64,000 nucleotides of DNA, taken from contig CAJQSY010000014.1 in the NCBI GenBank assembly GCA_905616605.1, positions 10,543 to 74,542 of the forward strand. The letters run 5' to 3'. The notes under the pieces were generated by a model that had not been told where the DNA came from, did no database searches, and worked only from the letters and a program-made list of their open reading frames with translations. This document shows positions 39,045 to 48,467 of this stretch, piece by piece (within the stretch, counting starts at the first letter, position 1; each line of letters begins with the position of its first letter). The DNA is from an uncultured Candidatus Pelagibacter sp. Its GTDB lineage: Bacteria; Pseudomonadota; Alphaproteobacteria; Pelagibacterales; Pelagibacteraceae. A program made the translations under genes and the position numbers.

Positions 39045-39148
39045 AATAAGAAACTTCCCTCTTTCGAGGGAAGCTAATATTAACTATCTAATAGAGAGAG
39101 AAGATAATGTTAATTTTTGAATTTCGTAAGTGTCTTATAGGAGCACAC
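39045..39148 (-). ncRNA. Candidate trans-acting sRNA with CU-rich anti-RBS loop
   Basis: Terminator CUUCCCUC-GAAA-GAGGGAAG-UUUCUU; hairpin with loop UCUCUCUCUAUU; upstream LysR-type box and TGACA palindrome. The 5' end is uncertain. Confidence 0.6.
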
Positions 39149-39206
39149 ATATAAAAAGTGAAATGACATATTGTCACTTCAGCTATGCAAATAAGGAATA
39201 ACATTT

Positions 39207-39231
39207 AGTTTGTTCACATAGTGAACAAACT
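39207..39231. terminator. Perfect inverted repeat after DUF924 (terminator or operator)
   Basis: AGTTTGTTCAC-ATA-GTGAACAAACT. Confidence 0.55.
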
Positions 39232-39233
39232 TC

Positions 39234-39797
39234 TCAAGATGAGTTCGATTGATTTAGAAATTCTATTTCTTCAGGAGTAGATTGTCTCTCTAATACTTTG
39301 TTTCTGTGAGGATACCTCTTAAATTTCTTGATCACATCAGTATGATCTTTCCAAGATCTTTTAATTAATGCTATTTGTGGATGATCTTTCAAGTGAACAT
39401 TAGATAAATTATGAACATATGTGTGATCACTAATTTCCTCACTATGCAAAAGTGGTAGAAGGAAGAAAAGTTTTTCATTAATAGCTAGTTTTTCAAGGTC
39501 TCCCCTATCGATAGCTTCATTAACAATTAATCTACATTTATGATCTTGCTCAAATGCTTTCTTATCATTTCTAAATAAGTTACGTGAAAATTGATCTAAT
39601 AAAATAATCAAGGCTAAACAGGCTTTTGACTCATCTTGCCAATCATCATATTCATTTATTATAGCTTTTTCATAATTATTGAAAAATTTGTCTCTTATTT
39701 TTTTATCAAAAGAATCTTTTTGTCTAAAAAGTTCTTCGGGTAAAGATTCCTTAAACCAAAAATCTAATATTTTTTTTGCATTTTCTGTAACCATCAA
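39234..39797 (-). CDS. DUF924 family protein
   Basis: ILDFWF, IILLDQFSRNLFR, F..LP..HSE and F.RYPHRN..L.R.ST.EE motifs. Confidence 0.9.
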   Translation of the reverse strand: MMVTENAKKILDFWFKESLPEELFRQKDSFDKKIRDKFFNNYEKAIINEYDDWQDESKACLALIILLDQFSRNLFRNDKKAFEQDHKCRLIVNEAIDRGDLEKLAINEKLFFLLPLLHSEEISDHTYVHNLSNVHLKDHPQIALIKRSWKDHTDVIKKFKRYPHRNKVLERQSTPEEIEFLNQSNSS

Positions 39798-40603
39798 TAT
39801 TTTGATACAGGTTTTAAAAGTTTAAGCATCTTATTATGTATAGATTGATTTGCAGAAACTAAAATACTTCCAGCATTAACAGCATCTCTATTGTCCCAAG
39901 TTGTTACAACTCCACCTGCAGCTTTTATAATTGGCATTAATGGATGAATATCCCAAATTTTATTTGTAGCTTGAAAGACAACATCAATTTTTCCCTCACA
40001 TAAATGTGAATAACTTAGAGCATCGGCTGTAGGAAATTGCATTAATTTTAAAACTTTTGGAATTGTCATTTGCTGTTTAAGAGAGACTGCACCGTGAAAT
40101 GCTCCTGATACTTTTATCTTACTAAATGGTATATTTTTTGAAACAAAGATTTTTCTTTTTTTACCTTTTTCAAAAACAAAAGAGTTTTTATTATCAAAAT
40201 TTAAATAGTATTTATTTAATATTGGAAAGTTTGCTAACCCAACAACAGGTATACCTTTAAAATTAAGAGATATTAAATTACTCCACGTTGGATTACCTAT
40301 TACAAATGATCTTGTCCCGTCAATCGGATCTATGACCCATGTGTAATCACTAGTTGATTTTTTGTGACCAAATTCTTCACCTATAACTTGATGACTTGGA
40401 AATTTTTTTTTAATTTTTAATCTAATAAACTTTTCAAATGCTTTGTCAGATGTTGTTACTGGGTCATAACCTTTATCTTTAAGTTTGTTAGATATCTTGA
40501 AAGTTTTGTTAAGTTTTGAAAAATAAAATTTATTTAAGTCTTTTGCTAAGGTGTTTAGAAATATAGAATATAATTTGTAATCTTTTTTATTTAATAAATT
40601 CAT
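39794..40603 (-). CDS. Inositol monophosphatase family protein (HisN-like histidinol-phosphatase)
   Basis: DPVT..D, GEEFG, WVIDPIDGTRSF and WDI......AGG motifs. Confidence 0.8.
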   Translation of the reverse strand: MNLLNKKDYKLYSIFLNTLAKDLNKFYFSKLNKTFKISNKLKDKGYDPVTTSDKAFEKFIRLKIKKKFPSHQVIGEEFGHKKSTSDYTWVIDPIDGTRSFVIGNPTWSNLISLNFKGIPVVGLANFPILNKYYLNFDNKNSFVFEKGKKRKIFVSKNIPFSKIKVSGAFHGAVSLKQQMTIPKVLKLMQFPTADALSYSHLCEGKIDVVFQATNKIWDIHPLMPIIKAAGGVVTTWDNRDAVNAGSILVSANQSIHNKMLKLLKPVSKY

Positions 40604-41184
40604 TAAATTATATTTTCAATTTGCTTTTCAGCTTCTCTAATTGATTTCTCATAATCTAACGCCATTTGATCAGCACTTATTACTTCAACTTTTTCAATTC
40701 CAAAGAAATTTAATATGAATTTTAACCATGGAGTTAAAAAATCCTCTGAGCTATTTAATTTAGTTCCACCTGAAGTAATTACTAAATAAGCTTGTTTATT
40801 TTTAAGTAATCCCTCTCTTCTCCCATTAGGTTTAAACCTGAAAGTCTCACCAATTCTTGCTGCTAGGTCACACCAAGCTTTAAGAGTTGCAGGAGGACCA
40901 TAATTATAAATTGGCGCTGAAATTATAATGATATCGCTTTCTTTTAATTCACTTACAAGTTTATCTGATAGTTCAAACATTTTTTTATGCTCTTCAGTCT
41001 GGTCTTTTTCTGCGATCTTCATTCCAGACTCGGTTAAACCACTAACAAAAAGCATATCGTCATCTAAATCTCTATAAATTACTTCATCGCCTGGTTTTTT
41101 GATTTTATCTAATAATTTTTTTGCTAATGCTCTTGAACTTGATCCTTCTTTTCTGGCACTTGAATCAATTTGATAAATTTTCAT
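40603..41184 (-). CDS. azoR: FMN-dependent NADH-azoreductase
   Basis: I.SSAR...S.SR, PIYNYG.P..LKAW.D and TSGG motifs. Confidence 0.85.
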   Translation of the reverse strand: MKIYQIDSSARKEGSSSRALAKKLLDKIKKPGDEVIYRDLDDDMLFVSGLTESGMKIAEKDQTEEHKKMFELSDKLVSELKESDIIIISAPIYNYGPPATLKAWCDLAARIGETFRFKPNGRREGLLKNKQAYLVITSGGTKLNSSEDFLTPWLKFILNFFGIEKVEVISADQMALDYEKSIREAEKQIENII

Positions 41185-41207
41185 AAGTATAGATAGTTAT
41201 TAACCTA

Positions 41208-41915
41208 TTAACCAAAGTTTTGCAAAAATGGTACGGTATTTAAAATATAATAGCCTAAAATTTGTAATTGGTTTGTTAAAATTAGAACTCCTGTAATTAA
41301 TAGAATAATTCCACCAATTTTAGATACTAGATTAATATTTTGTTTGAAATTTTTGGAAAACATTAAAAATCTTTGCATCAAATAACCTGATAAAATGAAA
41401 GGTATCGCTAAACCAAGTGAGTAAAAACTAAGCAAAACTACTGCTTTAAATATTGTTTCTTCTGTGGAGGCCAACGCAAGAATTGAACCTAAGATTGGGC
41501 CTATACAGGGTGTCCAACCAAAACCAAACGCCATACCCACTATAAAAGAAAACCAAATATTACTATTCTTTTTGGTATAAATTTTTTTTTCAAAATTTAA
41601 AAAACTAATATTTATAATTCCAATTAATTGTAGAGAGAATATTATGATGATTAGTCCTGCAATTATTCTTAAAATTTCTGAATTTTGTAAAAGTACTTGA
41701 CCCAAATAAGACGCTGCAGCACCAAATATAATGAAAACTGTAGAAAAACCTAAGGTAAATAGAATTAAAGGTATTAAGTTTATTTTCTTATTTTTAAGTA
41801 GCTCATCCAAAGATGCTCCTGAAATAAAAGAAATGTAACCTGGTATTAAAGGCAAAACACAGGGTGATAAAAAACTAATTAGGCCTGCGCCAAAAGCAAT
41901 AAATAATTCAATCAT
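41208..41915 (-). CDS. ccdA: Cytochrome c biogenesis protein CcdA
   Basis: SFLSPCVLPLIP and GWTPCIGPILG Cys pair. Confidence 0.9.
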   Translation of the reverse strand: MIELFIAFGAGLISFLSPCVLPLIPGYISFISGASLDELLKNKKINLIPLILFTLGFSTVFIIFGAAASYLGQVLLQNSEILRIIAGLIIIIFSLQLIGIINISFLNFEKKIYTKKNSNIWFSFIVGMAFGFGWTPCIGPILGSILALASTEETIFKAVVLLSFYSLGLAIPFILSGYLMQRFLMFSKNFKQNINLVSKIGGIILLITGVLILTNQLQILGYYILNTVPFLQNFG

Positions 41916-41921
41916 ATAAAT

Positions 41922-42764
41922 TTATTCTGCTATTACTTTTGCATTTTGTGAACCAAGTATATCAATTGACAGGTCCATTCTATCACCATCTTTTAAAAAA
42001 AGTGGGGGATTCATTCCAAGTCCTACTCCTGGGGGAGTTCCAGTAGTAACTATGTCTCCAGGCATTAAAGTTATAAAACTTGTTATATGAGCTATCAAAA
42101 AGTTAAAATTAAAAATCATTTGGTTGGTGTTACCTGTTTGATGTCTATTACCATTAACATCTAGCGCTAAGTTCAAATTATTAACATCTTTAATTTCATC
42201 TTTGGTTACTAAATAAGGGCCTAAAGGTCCAAATGTATCACCTGATTTTCCTTTAACCCATTGACCCCCTTTTTCTTTTTGCCATTCACGCTCACTGACA
42301 TCGTTACAAATACAGTATCCAAAAATATAATCTTGTGCATCTTTTTCTAAAACTCTTTTTGCTTTTTTTCCTATAACAAAAGCTATCTCAACTTCATGAT
42401 CTAATTTTTTTGAAGTCTTAGGCATAATTACATTGTCATTTGGTCCAACTATAGAATGAACTGACTTATTAAATAAAACGGGGTTCTCGGGTGTTTTTGC
42501 CCCAGTCTCTTTTGCATGCTCAACATAATTTAAACCGATTGCAAAAAAATTTCCTGGTTTAGAAATACAAGCTCCTATTCTTTCATTTTGATTTACCTCT
42601 TCCAAACTCTTCAAATCTATTTCTTTAATTTTATCTAGAGTTTCAAAATTAATACTTTCAGGATTTAAATCTTTAATAACTGAAGATAAATTTCTATATT
42701 TTCCTTCATCATCTAATGCTACAGGAATTTCTTGTCCTACTTTTCCAATTCTTAAAAATTTCAT
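41922..42764 (-). CDS. Fumarylacetoacetate hydrolase family protein
   Basis: IGLNY..H, DHEVE, NDVSERE.Q, GQWVKGKS and TGTPPGVG motifs. Confidence 0.9.
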   Translation of the reverse strand: MKFLRIGKVGQEIPVALDDEGKYRNLSSVIKDLNPESINFETLDKIKEIDLKSLEEVNQNERIGACISKPGNFFAIGLNYVEHAKETGAKTPENPVLFNKSVHSIVGPNDNVIMPKTSKKLDHEVEIAFVIGKKAKRVLEKDAQDYIFGYCICNDVSEREWQKEKGGQWVKGKSGDTFGPLGPYLVTKDEIKDVNNLNLALDVNGNRHQTGNTNQMIFNFNFLIAHITSFITLMPGDIVTTGTPPGVGLGMNPPLFLKDGDRMDLSIDILGSQNAKVIAE

Positions 42765-43630
42765 TTTTTATTTATCTTTTCAATTGCACTATATAAAGAG
42801 CTATGATCAGTATTACCATATCCATCTGCTACTAGATCTTTATACATTTCTTTAATTAAACTAGAAATAGGCAAATGAGTATCAACAGCTTTTCCAGCAT
42901 TAATAATATTAGTCATATCTTTTAATTGCGTTGTAGTTTTTCCTTTTGGTGAGAAGTCTTTACCAATCATTCTTTTTCCATGAGTTTGTAATATTTTACT
43001 ATCAGCCCATCCTCCTGATAAGGCTTCAATCATTTTACTTGGGTCGGTTCCAGATTTTTCGCATAAAGTAACTGCTTCTGCTACAGCTCCAATAGTAACA
43101 CCTACAATTATTTGATTTGCTAGTTTTGAAATTTGACCAGATGTGACTGGGCCTACTAGTGTTGGGTTACCTAATATTTTAAGAAGATCATAACAATCTT
43201 TAAATATTTTTTCATCACCACCGACCATGATAGCTAAAGAAGCCTCTTCTGCTCCAATTGTTCCTCCAGATACAGGTGCATCTAGATAGCTAATATTCTT
43301 TTCTTTTAAAATCTCAGCATATTTTTTTGTAATAACCGGATTGACAGAACTCATATCAATTACTGTGGCACCTTTTTTAATATTGGATATAAATTCATTA
43401 CTACCCATTACTTTCTCTACTGCGGCATCATCTGTAAGCATTGCAATAACTACATCAGAATTTGCAACAACTTCTTTGATGGATGTGGATATTTCTGCAC
43501 CGAACTCTTTAAGTCTAACAGCTTTATCTTGGGATCTATTATAAGCTTTTAAATTATAGCCTGATTTAAGAAGGTTTTTTGCCATTGGAAAACCCATGAG
43601 ACCAATCCCTATAAAACCAACGTTTTTCAT
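42761..43630 (-). CDS. Beta-hydroxyacid dehydrogenase (tartronate semialdehyde reductase GarR/GlxR-like)
   Basis: GFIGIGLMG.PMA, DAPVSGG, KLANQ and GGWADS motifs. Confidence 0.85.
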   Translation of the reverse strand: MKNVGFIGIGLMGFPMAKNLLKSGYNLKAYNRSQDKAVRLKEFGAEISTSIKEVVANSDVVIAMLTDDAAVEKVMGSNEFISNIKKGATVIDMSSVNPVITKKYAEILKEKNISYLDAPVSGGTIGAEEASLAIMVGGDEKIFKDCYDLLKILGNPTLVGPVTSGQISKLANQIIVGVTIGAVAEAVTLCEKSGTDPSKMIEALSGGWADSKILQTHGKRMIGKDFSPKGKTTTQLKDMTNIINAGKAVDTHLPISSLIKEMYKDLVADGYGNTDHSSLYSAIEKINKK

Positions 43631-43647
43631 TAAGAGAAGTATATAGC

Positions 43648-43746
43648 TTATATTCTTTGTTTGGTATCTTTATCAAAAAAAGAAAAATTTTTTAAATCAT
43701 TAAATGCAGTGATTGTTTCTGCAAACTCTATATTTTTTATATTTAA
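43648..43746 (-). pseudogene. 3'-end remnant of a MalK/UgpC-type ABC ATPase
   Basis: Startless frame LNIKNIEFAETITAFNDLKNFSFFDKDTKQRI*, ending in the FD..T..RI* TOBE-domain tail. Confidence 0.45.
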
Positions 43747-43747
43747 A

Positions 43748-44590
43748 TTATTCTGCTACAACTTTTGAGTTTTGTTCACCTAAATTATCAATCGATAGTC
43801 TAATTGTATCACCTGCTTTTAAAAATACTTGAGGTTTTTTTCCCATTCCTACACCTGGAGGTGTTCCAGTAGTAATAATGTCACCTGCTTGTAATGTCAT
43901 GAACTTACTTAAATATGAAACTATAAAAAACACATTAAATATCATCTTATCTGTATTCCCAGTTTGCATTCTTTGTTCATTAACATCCAAGCTTAAATTA
44001 AGACTGTTAATGTCAGAGATTTCATTCTTAGTGACCAAATAAGGTCCAATCGGTCCATAGGTGTCATGTGATTTTCCTTTAACCCACTGTCCCATCTTTT
44101 TAAGTTGCCACTCTCTTTCGCTCACATCATTTACTAAACAATACCCAAGAATATGGCTTTCAGCTTCTTTTTCGCTAATATTTTTAGTGTCTTTTCCAAT
44201 AACTATTCCTAATTCAACTTCCCAATCAAGTTCTTTTGAATCTTTTGAAATTTCAATATCATCATTTGGGCCATTGATTGAACTTGTCGCTTTCATAAAT
44301 ACTATGGGTTCTGATGGTTCATCCATGCCAGACTCTGCTGCATGATCAGAATAATTCAAGCCAATTGCTACAAACTTTCCAGGTTTATTAATGCAAGCAC
44401 CTATTCTTTTAGAATTTGAAATTTCGGGTAAGTTTTCTAAATCTACACTTTCTAACTTTTTAATAGTTTCAAAATTTATGGTATCCGAATTTAAATCAGC
44501 TACATGAGAACTCAAATCTCTGATTTTTCCATTTTTATCTAATGCTGCTGGTTTTTCTTTTCCTTTGATGCCTACTCTTAATAACTTCAT
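43748..44590 (-). CDS. Fumarylacetoacetate hydrolase family protein (second paralog)
   Basis: IGLNYSDH, DWEVELG, NDVSERE.Q and TGTPPGVG motifs; clearly similar to 41922-42764. Confidence 0.9.
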   Translation of the reverse strand: MKLLRVGIKGKEKPAALDKNGKIRDLSSHVADLNSDTINFETIKKLESVDLENLPEISNSKRIGACINKPGKFVAIGLNYSDHAAESGMDEPSEPIVFMKATSSINGPNDDIEISKDSKELDWEVELGIVIGKDTKNISEKEAESHILGYCLVNDVSEREWQLKKMGQWVKGKSHDTYGPIGPYLVTKNEISDINSLNLSLDVNEQRMQTGNTDKMIFNVFFIVSYLSKFMTLQAGDIITTGTPPGVGMGKKPQVFLKAGDTIRLSIDNLGEQNSKVVAE

Positions 44591-44618
44591 TATATTCTCC
44601 TTTAATTAATTTACTTAA

Positions 44619-45365
44619 TTAATAAGTTGCTCTTCCTCCACTTAAATCAAAAACTGCAGCTGTTGAAAAGGAATTTTCTTCAGCCGCCAACCAAGTAACT
44701 AATGATGCTAATTCATCTACTTTGGCAAATCTATTTCTTGGAATTTTAGAGAGCATATAGTTTATGTGCTCTTCAGTCATTTGGTCAAAGATTCTAGTTT
44801 TAGCTGCAGCTGGTGTAACAGCATTCACTGCAATATTTTTATCTGCTAACTCTTTTCCTAAAGATTTTGTAAGTCCAATAACTCCTGCTTTTGCTGTACT
44901 ATATGCACTAGCATTTGGGTTTCCTTCTTTTCCAGCTATAGACGCAATGTTTACTATTCTTCCATAATTATTTTTAATCATATGAGGTGCGATTGCTTTA
45001 CAGCAATAAAAAACTGAATTTAAATCTAAATTCATTACTTTTAACCATTCATCATTTGGATAATTCCAAACTTGGGTATTTTTACCGGCCATACCTGCAT
45101 TATTTACAAAGATATCTATATTTTTTTCTTTGGTACTCAATTCAATATTTTTTGTTATGTCATCAAAATTAGTTACGTCAACTATTTGATAGCTACATTT
45201 TTCCGATGACAGTTCCTTTAATGCTTCATCAATAGCTTTTTGGTCAATATCCCAAATTATAACTTCAGCACCTGACTCAAGAAATCTTTTTGTAATAGCG
45301 TACCCAAAACCTTGTGCCCCACCAGTTACTATTGCTCTTCTGCCTTTTAGATTATAATCATTCAT
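44619..45365 (-). CDS. SDR oxidoreductase (2-keto-3-deoxy sugar-acid dehydrogenase-like)
   Basis: TGGAQGFG, NNAG, SIAGKEGNPNASAYSTAK (YxxxK) and FDLSGGRATY motifs. Confidence 0.85.
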   Translation of the reverse strand: MNDYNLKGRRAIVTGGAQGFGYAITKRFLESGAEVIIWDIDQKAIDEALKELSSEKCSYQIVDVTNFDDITKNIELSTKEKNIDIFVNNAGMAGKNTQVWNYPNDEWLKVMNLDLNSVFYCCKAIAPHMIKNNYGRIVNIASIAGKEGNPNASAYSTAKAGVIGLTKSLGKELADKNIAVNAVTPAAAKTRIFDQMTEEHINYMLSKIPRNRFAKVDELASLVTWLAAEENSFSTAAVFDLSGGRATY

Positions 45366-45382
45366 ATGTTTGACCTTTTATT

Positions 45383-46870
45383 TTAACTTTTTTTTAATTT
45401 AATTATTTTTGTTTTTTTCTTAAATAATGGAAAAAGTAAAGCAATTATTGCTAAAGTAAAAAAAGTTAAAGCTATTGGTCTTGTTAGAAACATTAACCAA
45501 TTGCCATCAAATATTACTAAAGACTGTCTTAATGTTCCCTCAACTAATTCTCCTAAAATCAACCCTATAATAACTGGGACTACAGAAAAACCATATCTTC
45601 TCATAAAAAAACCTACAACACCAAAGAATAACATTATCCAAACATCTGTAATAGATTGACTTAATGAGTAGGTCCCACATACTGAAAGTGCAAAAATCAT
45701 TGGCCATAAAATCTTGTTTGGCACTAAAGTAATTCTAGCAAAAAGTTTAGCTCCAAAAAAACCAAAAATAAAAAATAATATATTTGCAATCAACATTGAT
45801 CCAAAAATTCCATACAGAAACTCTGGCTGTTCTCTAAATAACTCTGGACCTGGTCTCACTCCATGAATTATTAGACCAGTTAAAATTACTGCTGTAGTTG
45901 CGCTGCCAGGAATTCCCAATGCTAATGTTGGCACCATTGCCCCACCAGTTGCAGCATTATTTGCAGCTTCTGCTCCAGCAATTCCTTCTATGGATCCCTT
46001 TCCAAATTCTTCTGGGGTTTTTGACCAACGCTTAGCCTCTGAATATCCAATTAAAGAAGCAACCGTTCCACCTTCTGCAGGTAGCACACCAATAAATGAA
46101 CCTATTCCTGAAGACCTAAGTATTGTTTTCCAAGTTAATTTATAATCTTTTAATGATGGTAATTTTACAGCTTTTAAAGCAACTCTTTTAAACACTTGAT
46201 CTAACATAGTTGACTGGGTTAACATTTCACTAATTGCAAATAACCCAACTACTACGGGGATAAAGCCTATACCTTCTGATAATTCATTTATACCATACGT
46301 AAATCTATCTATTGAGGTCATAAAATCTTTTCCAACAGTTGAAATCAAAATACCAAATGCTGCTGCAATTAAATTCTTAACAGGACTACCCTCACCAATT
46401 GATGCAAGCATTGTTAAACCAAATATTGCTAGAGCAAAATATTCTGGTTGACCAAATTCATAAGCAAGCTTTGCTAGTAAGGGTGCAAAAAAGACCAGAA
46501 TGATAACACTAAAAATTCCACCAATTGTACTAGAAACGGTTGCCATACCCAATGCCCTTCCAGCTTCTCCTCTTTGTGCTAATGGATATCCATCAAGACA
46601 TGTGGCGGCGGCGGCGGGTGTTCCAGGTGTATTAATTAATATTGCTGTAATTGCACCACCATATGTTCCAGCACAATAAATTGCTGTCAAAAGTACGATT
46701 GCTGAAAGAGGATCAAGCGTCATTGTAAAAGGCAAAATTAATGCACCCCCAGTTGTGGGACCTAAGCCAGGCAACACTCCTAAAATTAATCCAAACAAAG
46801 TCCCAAAAAATAAAACTATTAATAGCTTAGAGCTAAATAGAGGAGCTAACATATAAGATAAATTTTCCAT
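45383..46870 (-). CDS. tctA: Tripartite tricarboxylate transporter large permease
   Basis: GVLPGLG, YGGAITAILINTPGT, EAANNA and PTLALGIPGS motifs. Confidence 0.95.
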   Translation of the reverse strand: MENLSYMLAPLFSSKLLIVLFFGTLFGLILGVLPGLGPTTGGALILPFTMTLDPLSAIVLLTAIYCAGTYGGAITAILINTPGTPAAAATCLDGYPLAQRGEAGRALGMATVSSTIGGIFSVIILVFFAPLLAKLAYEFGQPEYFALAIFGLTMLASIGEGSPVKNLIAAAFGILISTVGKDFMTSIDRFTYGINELSEGIGFIPVVVGLFAISEMLTQSTMLDQVFKRVALKAVKLPSLKDYKLTWKTILRSSGIGSFIGVLPAEGGTVASLIGYSEAKRWSKTPEEFGKGSIEGIAGAEAANNAATGGAMVPTLALGIPGSATTAVILTGLIIHGVRPGPELFREQPEFLYGIFGSMLIANILFFIFGFFGAKLFARITLVPNKILWPMIFALSVCGTYSLSQSITDVWIMLFFGVVGFFMRRYGFSVVPVIIGLILGELVEGTLRQSLVIFDGNWLMFLTRPIALTFFTLAIIALLFPLFKKKTKIIKLKKS

Positions 46871-46871
46871 A

Positions 46872-47381
46872 TTAATTATAATAAATATTAGTAATTATTC
46901 CTGGTGGAAATCTTAAGCCTAAAAATGTTTCAAAAAATATAAATACAATTATTGGAAATAATATACTTACAATCAAAAGATAAATTATTCTTTTTTCTCC
47001 CCAGTAATAAGAAACTAAAGCTGAAAAGACTGCAATAGCTAAGAAAAAATCTAATGTTTTTGCAATGACTAAAAATAAAACAAAAGCCATTAATGTTATA
47101 AAAAATGACTTAGGTAATTTACTTTCTTTTTTCCAAGGTGTTTTAATTGATAAATAAAAAACAACTGATGTTAAAAAAATTATTAAGACTAATAATGCTT
47201 TAGGAAATGTGGCAGGCTGAATACCTCTGTTTAAAATTGGTGGAACTGCATCGAATGTAAATGTTGTTATTAATAAGATTAGTGAAATTAATATTATTAT
47301 AAAGGATACTTTAAAAGAGCTTCTTAAAAAAAAGGGCAAACTACTTTTGTTCGCCCTTTTTTTCTTAAGTACATTATTCAT
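46872..47381 (-). CDS. tctB: Tripartite tricarboxylate transporter small permease
   Basis: Four TM segments, PA.FP and F...L....P.G; lies between tctC and tctA. Confidence 0.85.
   Translation of the reverse strand: MNNVLKKKRANKSSLPFFLRSSFKVSFIIILISLILLITTFTFDAVPPILNRGIQPATFPKALLVLIIFLTSVVFYLSIKTPWKKESKLPKSFFITLMAFVLFLVIAKTLDFFLAIAVFSALVSYYWGEKRIIYLLIVSILFPIIVFIFFETFLGLRFPPGIITNIYYN
47326..47363 (-). terminator. Intrinsic terminator after tctC, embedded in the first codons of tctB
   Basis: GGGCGAAC-aaaagua-GUUUGCCC followed by U8 on the minus strand. Confidence 0.7.
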
Positions 47382-47403
47382 ATTAAAAATGTACTATTTT
47401 TAA

Positions 47404-48375
47404 TTACTTAAGGTAACCTAAAGCTTTTAACTGAGCAGTCATTTCTTTAAGCATTTCTTCCATTTGCTTACCCCACTCATCAGCACCAACTACACTAGTG
47501 TCATCAAGACCAATTTCAGTTAAGAAATTTTTGTAATAGTTATGTCCCATAGCTTTCATCATTCCAGCTTCAAGCTCTTTAACTCTTGCGGCAGGAGCGC
47601 CCTTTTTAGTTACAAATCCTCTAACAGTAGATAAAGAAACTGGTATTCCCAACTCTTTAGCTGTTGGAGAATCCCCAATTTTAGCCATTCTTTCGTTTGC
47701 AAGAACTACAGAAACACACAATGTTCCCTCGTTAATCTCAGTTAATGCTTCACCTAAATTTAAAACACCCACATCAATATCTCCTTTGATTAAGTTTGTT
47801 TTAATTGGTGCAACACCTTTGTATGCAACAATTGTAGGATCTTTTAATCCACCTTTTTTTGTAAAAGCAATTGCACTTACATCATCAATTCCACCTGTAT
47901 GAGTTGTTCCATATTTAAGTGATTTTGATTTTTGAACACTAATAAATTTTTTAGCGTCTTTAATGTCAGCTTTACAGTTAACAACAAATAATTGAGGATC
48001 ATCAGTTCCTCTAGCTAAAGGTTGCATATCACTTAATTTAACTTTTGTTTTACCTAGTGCCATAGAAACAGCATGTCCAGTAGTCCAAGTTAAAGTGTGT
48101 TGACCATCAGCAGGAAGTGACATCATGTAATCCATAGATACTGCTCCACCACCACCTTTTTTATTAACTAGCTGCATATCTTGTTTAAGAACTCTTCTTG
48201 CTCTTAAAAGCATCATTCTAGTAGTAACATCTGTACCACCACCAAAACCAGCATGCGTAATTGCTTGAATAGCACCCTCTGCTTTTGCAGAAGTAGTTAC
48301 TAAAGGTAATGCAATCACAAAAAATTCAGTTACTACAAAAGCAGCAACTAAAAAAGCTTTAAATGTTTTTTTCAT
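47404..48375 (-). CDS. tctC: Tripartite tricarboxylate transporter substrate-binding protein (Bug/TctC)
   Basis: Signal peptide, GGGTD..R, VNKKGGGG, ADG.TL, YKG and PT.KELG motifs. Confidence 0.9.
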   Translation of the reverse strand: MKKTFKAFLVAAFVVTEFFVIALPLVTTSAKAEGAIQAITHAGFGGGTDVTTRMMLLRARRVLKQDMQLVNKKGGGGAVSMDYMMSLPADGQHTLTWTTGHAVSMALGKTKVKLSDMQPLARGTDDPQLFVVNCKADIKDAKKFISVQKSKSLKYGTTHTGGIDDVSAIAFTKKGGLKDPTIVAYKGVAPIKTNLIKGDIDVGVLNLGEALTEINEGTLCVSVVLANERMAKIGDSPTAKELGIPVSLSTVRGFVTKKGAPAARVKELEAGMMKAMGHNYYKNFLTEIGLDDTSVVGADEWGKQMEEMLKEMTAQLKALGYLK

Positions 48376-48467
48376 TATTTCCCTCTCGTTTGTTGTTATA
48401 TAATATCTATAATATAAATATTACTTAGTAAAAAACTACCGTAAAAAATATTTAAGTACAATAAATA

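Noticed and set aside
39107-39154. Plus-strand 15-aa ORF MLIFEFRKCLIGAHI* behind a GA-rich RBS
   Set aside because: The terminator polarity (GNRA loop and U tail) and the promoter elements point to a minus-strand RNA whose anti-RBS loop creates this apparent RBS. Not fully excluded.
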